Shown here: positions 52,387-64,000 of the stretch, piece after piece | Numbering within the stretch: the stretch's first letter is position 1 | Layout of the letters: every line of letters starts with the position of its first letter | Source: Tubulanus polymorphus | Lineage: Eukaryota; Animalia; Nemertea | DNA: 64,000 bases | Assembly (NCBI RefSeq): GCF_964204645.1 | Contig: NC_134026.1 | Location: 21,052,150-21,116,149, forward strand | Direction: 5' to 3' | Position numbers and translations under genes: made by a program | The notes under the pieces: generated by a model | What the model was told of the DNA's origin: nothing | What the model saw: only the letters and a program-made list of their open reading frames with translations | The model's database searches: none

Positions 52387-53145
52387 ATGGCGAATTACTT
52401 TGCGTCGTACGGTTACGGAAATCCGATTCCCGCGTACACTAAAAACGGTTACGCCGGCGGACTACCTCTAGCTGGATTTCAGGGATTCACCCCCGTGCAA
52501 TACGTCCAACAGGACGAAATAGCTCAAACACCGAGAGTCGATTATTCCGTGCGCAACGTCATTCAACCAGTTCCGGCACCAGCCGAAAACGACGATGAAG
52601 TACATTATTATTACGGACCAGATGGACGCCGTCTGCCCGGTCCACCGGCTGGGCATGGTTGTCGTCAGTGTGACGTGGCACTTCATCATTTCGTGCGGGA
52701 ACCCGAGCCGCCGCCGCTGCCGAACTTTTTCGTCATCATGGGATTGATGGAATTCGGACGGATAACGATGATCGACCAGAATCGTACAACGCCCGGAGTG
52801 ACGCACATTCCGTCGCAGGTGGTCGACGAAATCGCCAGAGTTTACAGCCACGTCGAAAGCTCTCAAGTTCAGATCACCTGCGATCAGGGCCGATACTTGG
52901 TGCAGACGAGTTATCATCCGGGACCCGGTTTCGTGCGTCAACAGCAGTTACAGTCCGGACAGAACGTGCCACCGCCCCCGCCGCCTCCCCCTAGACAAGA
53001 CTTCCCTGTTAGAGTTGAGGATAGTTACATCATGCAGAAGTTTTTCGACACTTATTTGAACGAACCGGTGTTAAAAAAGCAACGCGAATCGCGGAATCAA
53101 GGAATGACTCCCCGTTCTAAACGCGGATCTCAAACGTACCGATGA
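52387..53145 (+). CDS. Uncharacterised single-exon proline/glutamine-rich protein, 252 aa
   Basis: Long ORF with coding-like GC content in AT-rich surroundings, an AAG-ATG-G start context, a TATA-like element at ~52102, and AATAAA at ~53149 and ~53193. Confidence 0.65.
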   Translation: MANYFASYGYGNPIPAYTKNGYAGGLPLAGFQGFTPVQYVQQDEIAQTPRVDYSVRNVIQPVPAPAENDDEVHYYYGPDGRRLPGPPAGHGCRQCDVALHHFVREPEPPPLPNFFVIMGLMEFGRITMIDQNRTTPGVTHIPSQVVDEIARVYSHVESSQVQITCDQGRYLVQTSYHPGPGFVRQQQLQSGQNVPPPPPPPPRQDFPVRVEDSYIMQKFFDTYLNEPVLKKQRESRNQGMTPRSKRGSQTYR

Positions 53146-53381
53146 AAGTAATAAACCGAACTGATGATTATCATTTTTATCTATAATAGAAAATAAATTC
53201 CTGATTTGCACTGTTGCATTCAAGATTTAAAGAATCGATTATTGTCATTTATTGAAGAACCGCATCTTATCAAAACGCGTACGTTTCCATTCTACAAGTA
53301 TTTAGCAAAATAACTAAATTCAAACGTACCGTAAAATACAATGAGTCTATGTACTACATGTTGATAATGTACAGTCCTTTT

Positions 53382-55031
53382 TATGGTGGCTGATAAGGGC
53401 CATAGCGTAAAATTCCTGGTATGTAAATGAGGGCGCCAGAACGCCAGAACGCCAAAACGAAAAAAAACGTCCAATTTTCTCTAAAAGTTCGTTTTGGCGC
53501 GCCAAAACGGAGAATATTCCGTTTTGGCGCCCCCGCCAAAACGAACTTTCATTTTGGCGCCCCCGCCAAAACGAACTTTCGTTTTGGCGCCCCCGCCAAA
53601 ACAACGAAAAACGTCCAATTTTCTCTAAAAGTTCGTTTTGGCGCGCCAAAACAAAGAAAATTCCGTTTTGGCGCCCCCGCCAAAACGAACTTTCATTTTG
53701 GCGCCCCCGCCAAAACGAACTTTGGTTTTGGCGCCCCCGCCAAAACAACGAAAAACGTCCAATTTTCTCTAAAAGTTCGTTTTGGCGCGCCAAAACAAAG
53801 AAAATTCCGTTTTGGCGCCCCCGCCAAAACGAACTTTCATTTTGGCGCCCCCGCCAAAACGAACTTTGGTTTTGGCGCCCCCGCCAAAACAACGAAAAAC
53901 GTCGAAATTTCTCTGAAAGTTCGTTTTGGCGCGCCAAAACAAAGAAAATTCCGTTTTGGCGCCCCCGCCAAAACGAACTTTCATTTTGGCGCCCCCGCCA
54001 AAACGAACTTTGGTTTCGGCGCCCCCGCCAAAACAACGAAAAACGTCGAAATTTCTCTGAAAGTTCGTTTTGGCGCGCCAAAACGGAGAAAATTCCGTTT
54101 TGGCGCCCCCGCCAAAACGAACTTTCATTTTGGCGCCCCCGCCAAAACGAACTTTGGTTTTGGCGCCCCCGCCAAAACAACGAAAAACGTCCAATTTTCT
54201 CTGAAAGTTCGTTTTGGCGCGCCAAAACAACGAATATTCCGTTTTGGCGCCCCCGCCAAAACGAACTTTCGTTTTGGCGCCCCCGCCAATACGAACTTTA
54301 AACCACGTAAAATAATTCTATATATACGTAAAATATTTTCATTTATGCAAATTTATGCAAATTACACACAAGATCAACGCGCCAATTTGAAAAATAATTT
54401 TACTGTGGTTGAATGCTTGTTTTGGCGGGGGGGCCAAAACGGAAATAACCGCGCCAAAACGAACTTTTCTTTGTTTTGGCGCGCCAAAACGAACTTTCAG
54501 AGAAATTTCGACGTTTTTCGTTGTTTTGGCGGGGGCGCCAAAACGAAAGTTCGTTTTGGCGGGGGCGCCAAAATGAAAGTTCGTTTTGGCGGGGGCGCCA
54601 AAACGGAATTTTCTCCGTTTTGGCGCGCCAAAACGAACTTTCAGAGAAATTTCGACGTTTTTCGTTGTTTTGGCGGGGGCGCCAAAACGAAAGTTCGTTT
54701 TGGCGGGGGCGCCAAAATGAAAGTTCGTTTTGGCGGGGGCGCCAAAACGGAATTTTCTTTGTTTTGGCGCGCCAAAACGAACTTTCAGAGAAATTTCGAC
54801 GTTTTTCGTTGTTTTGGCGGGGGCGCCAAAACCAAAGTTCGTTTTGGCGGGGGCGCCAAAATGAAAGTTCGTTTTGGCGGGGGCGCCAAAACGGAATTTT
54901 CTTTGTTTTGGCGCGCCAAAACGAACTTTTAGAGAAAATTGGACGTTTTTTTTCGTTTTGGCGTTCTGGCGTTCTGGCGCCCTCATTTACATACCAGGAA
55001 TTTTACGCTATGGCCCTTATCAGCCACCATA
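53382..55031. mobile_element. Non-autonomous foldback element with 144-bp higher-order tandem repeats in both arms
   Basis: The outer ~80 bp are exact inverted copies (TATGGTGGCTGATAAGGGCCATAGCG...). CCTTTT is duplicated at 53376-53381 and 55032-55037. About 6 repeat units on the left and 4 on the right flank an AT-rich ~120-bp spacer. Confidence 0.9.
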
Positions 55032-55821
55032 CCTTTTAGATTTTGTCATAACAAATAACATGGATTTCAAAATAAATCTTTCGAGTGAATTTATGAGATT
55101 AATGTGAATTTACAGGAAGCAAATATATCCACTGGATGAATGGCTATGCAGATGAATTCGAAATTGCTCTTCTGATCCCTGTTTCGATCGTGCGGCGTTC
55201 CCCTCATTAAATCCTAAAATTGATTTCTAAAAACAAAGATCTGAAGACATTATTTTGAACTGAATCATTCCTTATGTTCTAAGCAGATCAAAATGACTGG
55301 TTTTTTGTGTCTCCCATATAGCTCTTTACCAAATAGTTTTGATTCTTCGCCAGACACACAGTATATACGTGTGTTCATGAATACAATCAAGTATTTAGCT
55401 TAACACTTCGTCTAAAAAATTAGAATTATCTTTGTGAAATGAAAACACATTCGTTTCATTGCAATCGGAAGCTTGCGTTGGATATAAAATAGTGTATATC
55501 ATCGAACATACAATGCATTGAACCGATTCATTTCCGATTCTGTCTCCGCGTATATATTCAGAGTTATATCTAAGAATATCTCGGATGATGTCAGCGGACA
55601 AGTCACGTTTTTCATTTCGTTCCGAGGTTGAGTGGACGAAGGAATTTCCATCAAAAGCATATTGCTTTGTGCCTGATAGGTCTAGTTTTAGCGACAATAT
55701 TAGCCGTAATCATCTTGTATACGTAAGCTTTCACCGCCTAGATATAAATTTCACGGCTATATGTCTTATACGTAACGACTAAGCCACAGCATGCGATAAA
55801 TTTCCAACAAAAAAAAACATT

Positions 55822-56043
55822 CAGTGGCGGATCCAGCCTACCGCGAGTACCGCTTCAGTACTCAAGATTTCCCCATTACATTTTCAATATAGTCAAGATT
55901 TGCCTGTATGTGACTAAATACACAAACATGTATCATGTTTGTCTCTCCGACACTAAGGGCGTCGGGCCTTCGGCCAGCTACTCGGGAGACACGTACAATA
56001 TTACTTTAGCAGTAATCAGATTTGACCCCTGGATCCGCCACTG
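55822..56043. mobile_element. MITE with perfect 15-bp TIRs
   Basis: CAGTGGCGGATCCAG ... CTGGATCCGCCACTG. Confidence 0.75.
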
Positions 56044-56735
56044 AAATTGAACATCTAAACACTCATTTACTAACAAGAGGAATATCTATATTGACGATAA
56101 GTATCTAACTACATTTAAATCTTCAGAAAATCGTTTTTCAAAAACCTCGTTTCTCATTTCTGCTGAGCTTAATTGACCCGACCGGTCGCCTATCTACCTT
56201 ACTTTTTTAAAATCACGATCAAGCTAACCTTTACAGGCCCGGCACCTATAGAAATGAACTGATTACAAATCTTATTGCGGTTTACAAAAGTGATCCGGCC
56301 TTAGGAGAAACACGTTATTTTATTTTGGCCTAATGTTCAAACGTTTGGATACGTATGTAATTTTAGAAACGTTCCGCTACATTTAAGAAAATGTACTTCA
56401 GCGATTTCTCGCTATATCGCTGAAATACGTTGTTATGCCCGTCGAAATGAAAGGTATTTTGAAATAGATTTTCAATCAAGCCTTTCGCGTTTATGATGAA
56501 TGGCAGTGCCTTTATTTATAGATATGCGTGATTAAGAATTTTTAACTTATAAGACGTTACGAGATATTGAATGAACACAAATAAACCGGTGGCCTACTAT
56601 ATAAAAGTTCAGATCAAGTTTTGAATAGTAATACTATCTATTCATACACTCCATGCATATATATATATATATATATATGATTTTCACTTATTCACAAAAA
56701 CACTACGGCGACTATGTCTAATACATTAAACTTCG

Positions 56736-59700
56736 ATGGCTTATTACGTCTACCATTTCCAAATGATCATTTGGCTATCAATCTTGTTTCTACCAGATTT
56801 TTCCTCCGCCGGTACGTAAGTTTTATTTTTGTCGTAAGAAACACGTTTTCAAATTTCACAGGTTTAGGCCTATGCAAATGATGAATAAAGTAGCTAGGAT
56901 TCCATATAAGAACGTTGAAGTTGTAAACTTTGAAATGTCTTTCAAATGGGATGTATAGTTTTTACAACGCGGCTTGCAACGGTGATGGATATGGCTGGTA
57001 AACAAGGGTAACTGATGTCCCCGTCCCATATGCCTCAGCATCTATCAAAGAACTGTATTGAGTTTTCCTCAAACTAATCGGGTCCGGTAAAGCCATTATG
57101 TCCTTCTACAGGAAAACAAGCCACATGCCCAAATAATCGAAGGCAGCCAGGATAAGATACATCATTACTGTTGTGATATACATTATTCCAGTTTCAAACA
57201 GATATGATATAAAAAGAATATTATTCTGTAAAATGCACATTTTTACAGATTTATCATGTAGCCTGACTTCAAATCATATGTGTGATGGCTGGTCCTTAGA
57301 ACCCAAACGACTCTGGCAAATACAGGTACGTATAGAATTGAAATTCCAAATATAGCTGCAAAACAGCGATCAAGCGGGTATTCATGGAAAGGTGTTACCG
57401 TTGATAAAAATAAACCTACAGGTGTTAGCTACACACCTTGCCGTTGACTTCAAGCTGAAAACTTAAAAACGAAGATTTTTCTCATACATCAATTTTTGCA
57501 CCTCTAAGATTGGAAAATGTAAAATTCCCCTTAGTGGATAAACGGAGGGGCCTGTTTGTGGCATTTTTATGAATTGAACACATCCTGAAAAAATTTCACG
57601 AAGAACCGACAAACATCTATTTCAAGATTCGTGTGGAATATATACTTCCACCGAATTCGTTAGTAGAATGTCATCAAAAGTAGTCTCGTTAGTTAGTTTA
57701 TGTATCTTCCGTTTGTTTATTTAAAGGGAACTTTCATCGCCGCCCATCCAGCAAACATAATGCATTTAGATGTCCCGTTTTCGCCAGATGTCCAGTCAGC
57801 GAATATCAGCTCACCGTGGTTAAACGTCGATAGACTCTCCGTGCAGATTCGCTGCATTTCGTTGCGTTACAGTTTCAACATCCCCGTGAAGAGAAACATT
57901 CATTTCGAAGTCGTCGTAGAGAACAGAAACCGATCTTTGATATTCAATCGAATGATGAAAGTTGTACGAGGCCATGGTTCATTTGCTTCTTCCCGCTGGA
58001 TCAGCGAAGATTTCCCGTTGCGCTTTCAGCCCAACTCCGGCCATGGTACCGAACTCCGTGTAAGTTGAAGTTCTCAAATCTCAATTGATTTCTGTTACTA
58101 TACAGGCGGTTCAGGGGCGGATCTAAACCGGATCACAAGGAGCACGTGCTACCCTCGCAATCTTCCCGTACCCTTAGGAAAATACTTTTTCCACCTGCGG
58201 CCAATAAAACAGCAGTCCGCGGCGCAAAATTTAGCTAATATTCGCTTTAATGTCCCCCAGATGCCTAGAAATTGGACGAAAACGCACTGAAATTTCCATT
58301 TCGTTGTGCTCCTGTCAAATTCCGCCCCTTATTCCGCTCCCGTGGGCGAATATCGGCCTTGCGACGGCAAAGGACTCAATGCGACGCGATTCTCTACGAC
58401 CACCAGCGACGATGGCGTCATTATATAGACCCGTCGACCTACGCGCCCTTGTGACTTCCAGCAAGAAAATACTATAGGCGACGCTCGAATTCAATCGCAA
58501 GCAATACGGCGAATAATTTGCCGAAGAAATGTCCCTAATCTGTCTAGATGGCTGAAGCGCATATTTTCAACCAGTTTCAACCGATCGCATCGCAAGCAGT
58601 CGTGAGTCGATCTACGCCCACCTTTTCCAAGACTCGTTTTACTTGATCTACAAGACATATAAAACTATTGCAAACTCTCGCTATGAACCGAATACCAATC
58701 ATCACCACATTTTTTATAGGTGAAAATAGTTGTGCAATGGAAGGCGACAGATTATATTGGCGGAAGCCAGGTTCGATTTGCAAATATTCTCATATCGCAA
58801 GGTTCATGTCCGACTCAGACGACTGAACCAGCACTGACAACATCAAGTAAGGCAACCATTCAGTAATCCTTTTCATTGTGATGATGATGACGATAGCCAG
58901 CCTTATTTTTCTTTAACTCATCGGTGTTACTTTTTCAGGCGTAATCCAACGCAAATGCCAATACCAGCTACAGTCGAGTTTTGCCTGTCGACGCGGTGGC
59001 TGCGTGGCCGTTTGGCAAATTTGTGATGGTAAAATAGACTGCCCGGATGGTTCCGATGAAGAAAACACGAACTGTAGAAAAACAACCACCATAGCTAAGC
59101 CTTCGCATCGTGACACAGGCACGCCGATTGCGAGCACTGTCACTGAAAACGGCAAGTTAATTACATCATCCAAAAATTGAAATGCATATCGCCAACCAAG
59201 AAGATTGACAGGTCCCTTTTTATTGTGAAAAATCTACTCAATTGGGGGTTATATTGGGTTTTTTTTTGTTTCTGGTAGAAACACATGTCAGAATTGAAGT
59301 GGTGCAGCAATTACGTAAGTGTCCTGAACTAACAGTTATATCGCGTTTTCTGTTTACATTACAGCCATCATTGCCGTGAGTGTGGCTACAATTATGATTC
59401 TAGTCTGCGTCGGGCCGATTACCTTATGTAAATTACTCGGTAGATTTTGCCATTCGGTGGAGGATAAGTTGGCAAGGATGTTCGACGCGTGTCGCAGATG
59501 TAGAATTAGAGGGAACGCGTATAACGTTCGCCAGTCGGCAAGGTCGGCTGGTGTGGAACATTCAGACTCCGAGGGCGAAGAAACGAACCAGACACCAAGG
59601 TCAACACGATCAGCTGCGGACACCCGACAGGCCGCAGGCGTCCATAACCAAAGACAAGCTAATTCAAGGGTCGAATCAACGGTCCAGGCGGCCAACGGTA

Positions 59701-59792
59701 ATACGATTATCGAAACACCTCCGCCATCTTATGAGCAAGTACGGTTTTTCAACACGAGTCCGCCGCCGTCTTATGACGAGGTATGGCGTTAA
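56736..59792 (+). CDS. Type I membrane protein: signal peptide, MAM-like domain, LDLa, TM, two PPxY motifs (~417 aa, 6 exons)
   Basis: Exons 56736-56811 (signal peptide), 57249-57325, 57727-58059 and 58720-58846 (MAM-like C..CDGW..W, ISSPW..CISLRY, ISQGSC), 58939-59151 (LDLa FAC..GC..CDGKIDCPDGSDE..C) and 59365-59792 (TM, PPPSY twice). All phases are compatible. Confidence 0.8.
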
Positions 59793-62700
59793 AACGAACG
59801 CCACCGCTAAAAAAAGCAATAAAAAGGATTCGTTCGTTGGCTGGAATAATCAGAGCTCGGCAGAAATATGAGGGCTGTTCCGGGAACAGTTAATAAGATT
59901 AGCAACTCCCCAAGCTGTGGCGGTACTCGGCGTAAACGAATTGTCCCGAAAAGAACATTTGTTACGCGGAATCGTGCGTACTTCTGGAACAACTGCGAGA
60001 ACGGCAATTATTCTCAAGCCGTTATCAATCGTGTTTTTTTTGTTGTTTTATTGACAATAATAATAATGATAATGGAAAAATGATAGTAGCTTATAGCACA
60101 TGTTTCGTCCAGGAACAACATGATAATTCGGCATTTCATCTAATTTACATATTTTACATCGCACGACCGCTTCAAAAAATACCAAAACTCTATCGTAATA
60201 TTGCGCACATTTTCGTCCACAACTTGCAACCAAGGGAAATATGCGCAACTAGGTTTAGTGATCGCAATTAAAAACACGATTGAAACAGAAATAGTTCGTT
60301 TATAGATTCATCATTTCGAAAGTTGATGTGGTAATTATCTTTTAGAAAAAGATTGTTTTATGCTTCATATTATAAGAAAAAATCATCGATTCCTTTACCC
60401 TCCTTGAGCCTTTGAGTTTGATATTCGGAGTGTCTCTGCTGTTCAATAATAGTCTACTCGGTTTTTTTTTCATTTCTGAAACTAATGACCACTAATCAAG
60501 CCATCAAATCGCATCTACTTTTAGTTTATTCGGAACGGAATACCTTGATTAAACCTGATCCCAAAAGGTTCAACTCTCCCTAATTACCTTCAATCTCTGA
60601 AAGAAAATGGTAGAAAATAGCTGATAGATCGACACGCGCGCCAAATTAACGGGTATTTCTCCAAATTACACATAACAAATAGCGTGGTATGACGCGCCAA
60701 GAAAATGATCATCTGTTTTTGCATTTTTCAAAATAGATCAAATAGCAGTCGTATGATTGGCGTGTGTACCAAACTCGCATTCTAGGCTCATGCGTCTGAA
60801 GGCAGTTTTACTGTTTCTAGTTACATTTGCAGATATCAATTAATATGTAATCATTTAATATGTAAGTCCGATGTCCAGCACGATTGAAAAACAGCATCTG
60901 TTATACAGAAAACCTGAAATTTCATTTATATTTCGAAAATTGTAAACTTAGACTTCAAACATCGTAATCTAGTATAACTGACCGTATACGAGTCTCAACT
61001 GAAAAAGAAGTTCCTCGTCGATATCGATTCTACTTCAAACGTCAGATTAACTATTTGCCGTTGACCATAAATATCAATGGCCTTGTTTCATATACGCGTT
61101 ACGCTTTTGCACGGTATATCTTTCGCGGCTATCAACTAGACTCTTTTTCATATCGCGATCGACCTCTTTCTTTCGGGTAAAGAAGAAAAATATTACGTAT
61201 CCGAAAACAAGGTCTGATGATATATACGTTTGATCTATTCAGCCATTAATGCGCCGACGATATTGCACCGTTCATCTTATACGTCATTTACCTTCGCGAA
61301 AATAATTATCTTCGCCGCGATGCGGGTACTGATAACATTCAACATCTGACGCAATAAAGCCCTGATCTATGGCTGCTTAGAAATTAGTCGTAGTTTTATC
61401 ACTCTTTATAATAGTTTCGGGCGATGAATAGGCGCGAGGCTTCGACTATCGACCGAAATGCGATAATAAAGAATCGGCCGAACTACTTATTCGGACCTTT
61501 CAGATTTCATTTTCAGTTTAACGGAACGAAGGCTTAAAAGTTTGAACTCACGGAGTTGAATTCAACAGTCTGTTAGAGAATTAGTGTAGAAACTGATTAT
61601 TTCAACCGCGCGATGGAAATCTAGCCAATATCGGTAAAGTTTTGGCCTAATACTGCGCGATATTTAAGGCAACGTCAACCGTCCAGACACAACTTTTATA
61701 AATAGAATATATTCATGCCGTTATGGGAGTAGACCTTCCAGAAGTATCAACCCAGAACTAACGCCTTTGCTTAGTTTATAGAGTCCATGATCCAATCCAG
61801 CCACTCTAGTCCGTCTGCAATGAAAACAGATCAGAAATAAATCTGCGTCGTGTAATTGCCGGTGCGGAGCTGTATTTTGTTTTGGACTGCGGCTGGCGAT
61901 TAGTCATTCTAGTCAAAGATACAAATTAATTAGAGACAAATATCACCGGTGTATTAGTTACTGAGAGGTCCCAAGACGGTATTCTACAGGTTGGTGCGAT
62001 GTATTATTGATGAGATATGCGGTTAATGCCAGTTTCCGGGTCGTCGCTTTTGCCGCGTTATGAGCGTACTGCGGTTTGCGGAGGGCAATTTACGACTTTT
62101 GATTCATACGAAGGTCATAACCGCCAACCGTTTTGAATTTAAAAAGCGTCATTCGGTCGCCGGCGAATGCTGATTTATCGCGGCTGTTTAACGACACACA
62201 AAACATTTCACCTTTTGCTTTTGGATAACCGGCAATTGCGCAGCACCCTCGCTCGGAGCCGAGGCTGTTAATAAAAACTTCGGTTAAAAAACCATTTTTC
62301 CGGCGTCAGACAGCTGTAACGGTGGATCCTGTGCTATTCATCATCATTACATTTTAAAACCATTGTCAACGTGAACACGCGATCTGCCTTCTGGTAATGT
62401 TCGGTTATTTCCGTCGCTTACATAAACCCGACATTTTAAAACTAATTTTTTATCCGCGCTCTTCGTTACACGGATGCTGGGGCGAGTCGTGACATTGATA
62501 TATACGGTATGAATACACAAGATATATCGCCGCTGAAATAGAACCGGGTATTTTTTCCGCGAATAGGGGCGCGCATTACTAGAAGCCCTTTTTCGCCACC
62601 GTCCTAATAACAGCAGTGTTTGCGCCGAGGAGAGAAGTTATGCGAGCTTGATTGAAGAGGAAATAAGAGCAGAATTGTTACCATCATGTATTCATTGACC

Positions 62701-64000
62701 AATTTCTCGGTGTCCCGGACGAATCGGCGAACAATGGAACGGAATGCATATTTGAATGAGATAAACGAGATAGGCGACATATGAAGACAAATTTTTCGAC
62801 CGATCGCGTGTCCACTTTGAACGCGTTTCCTTTGTCTGATGACAATGATCGACCGTGTTTGCGAATGATGATGGCGAAGATCGGTTTTGCACCGAAAACT
62901 GCATCGTATTGAAGCATACAGCCAGTGACGTAAAACATTCACTGTGTAAAGCCGGGCGTAGGTCGGCCTTGCGACTCACTGCGACCGCCACGACGATCGC
63001 GTCGCAGCGACCCACCGACCTGTAATGCAACGTGATGCCGTGGTGCTCGCTGATTGATTATTCGTCCGTGGGTGTTGCGCACATTTCAAACCGTTTCAAA
63101 ACGTTTTTCTGTTCGGCGTTTTGTTTTGCCATCGAAAACGTTTTTCACGAGGAAAATACGTTTTGTCGGTGCCGTGTGCGGCAGGCTTAAAATTATTTAC
63201 TTCTTTAAGTTAACCGAAAATGTCAACGATTTGATTCGTTAATTAGATGAGTCTATAGGATCTAGCGGACCCATTTGAGAGAACGACATAAGTTTCAAGT
63301 CGCACGATAGCCTACTTCGTGAAAATGAAAATAGTTATGTGTGAAACAGAGACGACGCCTATAGCTGGTAAAATGCCAATGTCGAGCTTCTCGCTCGAGT
63401 TATCGATATCGATTAGGTTCTTTCAGAAGTCAACCTCACTCAGAAAGCTCGTCTCAAATAAAAGGAAGAACATTGGTATACTTTTGATTCTGTTATCAAA
63501 ATATATTCAAATCTAGCAAACTCCACACGCCTTTTGGCAACTTTCTAACATATAAGAAGGATTTTGCTCGCATCCGCCTATATCCGCCCAATCTTTGCAG
63601 TGCGGTGATCTGTCAACGCATACGGCTGAAATGAATGAAAATAAGATAAAGGAAACGTAGCGCATTTTCAAAAGATACCTTTTTCTTATACATACTACGT
63701 AGACCGTAACCAGTCTAAATCAATTTTGAACCATAAACGCCTCTGGTGTACAATGAAGTGATTCTATAGACATACATCTTTGGCGTCATTAGATTTCAGT
63801 GAAGTGACCCCCACCTTTCACAGTATTCCATAGATGGAATTTGGCACTTTTAGCAACATTCAAACCGTATAAATTTCTAGTTTTCAGTTATGCAAAAACC
63901 ATTTCTCAATTTTGCAACAAAGCGACGTGAGAGCGACATAAAAATCGGTGGTCAGTTTTGAATTACTTACGACCTGTATTGTATCTAAATATAGATTACG

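Noticed and set aside
53490-54930. CRISPR-like look (palindromic ~20-bp repeats with short spacers)
   Set aside because: The spacers are only ~10 bp and themselves periodic, the context is eukaryotic, and there are no cas genes.
53347-55039. Long ORFs (501, 292, 215, 187 and 153 aa) over the foldback
   Set aside because: They are by-products of a stop-free 144-bp repeat (a multiple of 3), mirrored on both strands, with no transposase or other domain.
58250-58500. Short ORFs inside the MAM-LDLa gene
   Set aside because: They are phase-incompatible with the flanking exons, which join directly (58059 to 58720).
62604-63030. Overlapping minus-strand ORFs
   Set aside because: No recognisable domain, and no partner exons were found.

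Overview
This is AT-rich eukaryotic genomic DNA from an invertebrate animal (compact GT-AG introns; it looks lophotrochozoan, but the species cannot be determined). Genes from left to right: a minus-strand MGCxxSK-start exon; an intronless-CDS rhodopsin-class peptide-receptor-like GPCR, with a probable decayed paralogue near the left edge; a TSP1 + CASPR/neurexin-IV-type fibrinogen-like gene with possible disablements; a PAP2/PLPP lipid phosphate phosphatase; a ~47-exon DEPDC5 (GATOR1); UQCR10 head-to-head with ZMAT5; a single-exon orphan ORF; and a signal peptide-MAM-LDLa-TM-2xPPxY membrane protein. Four non-coding structures stand out. (1) A 1.65-kb foldback element built from 144-bp higher-order repeats full of E2F-type TTTGGCGC palindromes. 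(2) A Helentron/HINE-like element with four co-oriented CTCF-consensus motifs at exact 154-bp spacing. (3) Three 24-48-bp CAAAAATA...TATTTTTG palindromes flanked by 7-bp duplications, resembling P/Galileo excision footprints. (4) Penelope-type minimal hammerhead motifs inside inverted repeats. Exon boundaries were inferred by hand from splice signals and reading frame, and no database searches were run.
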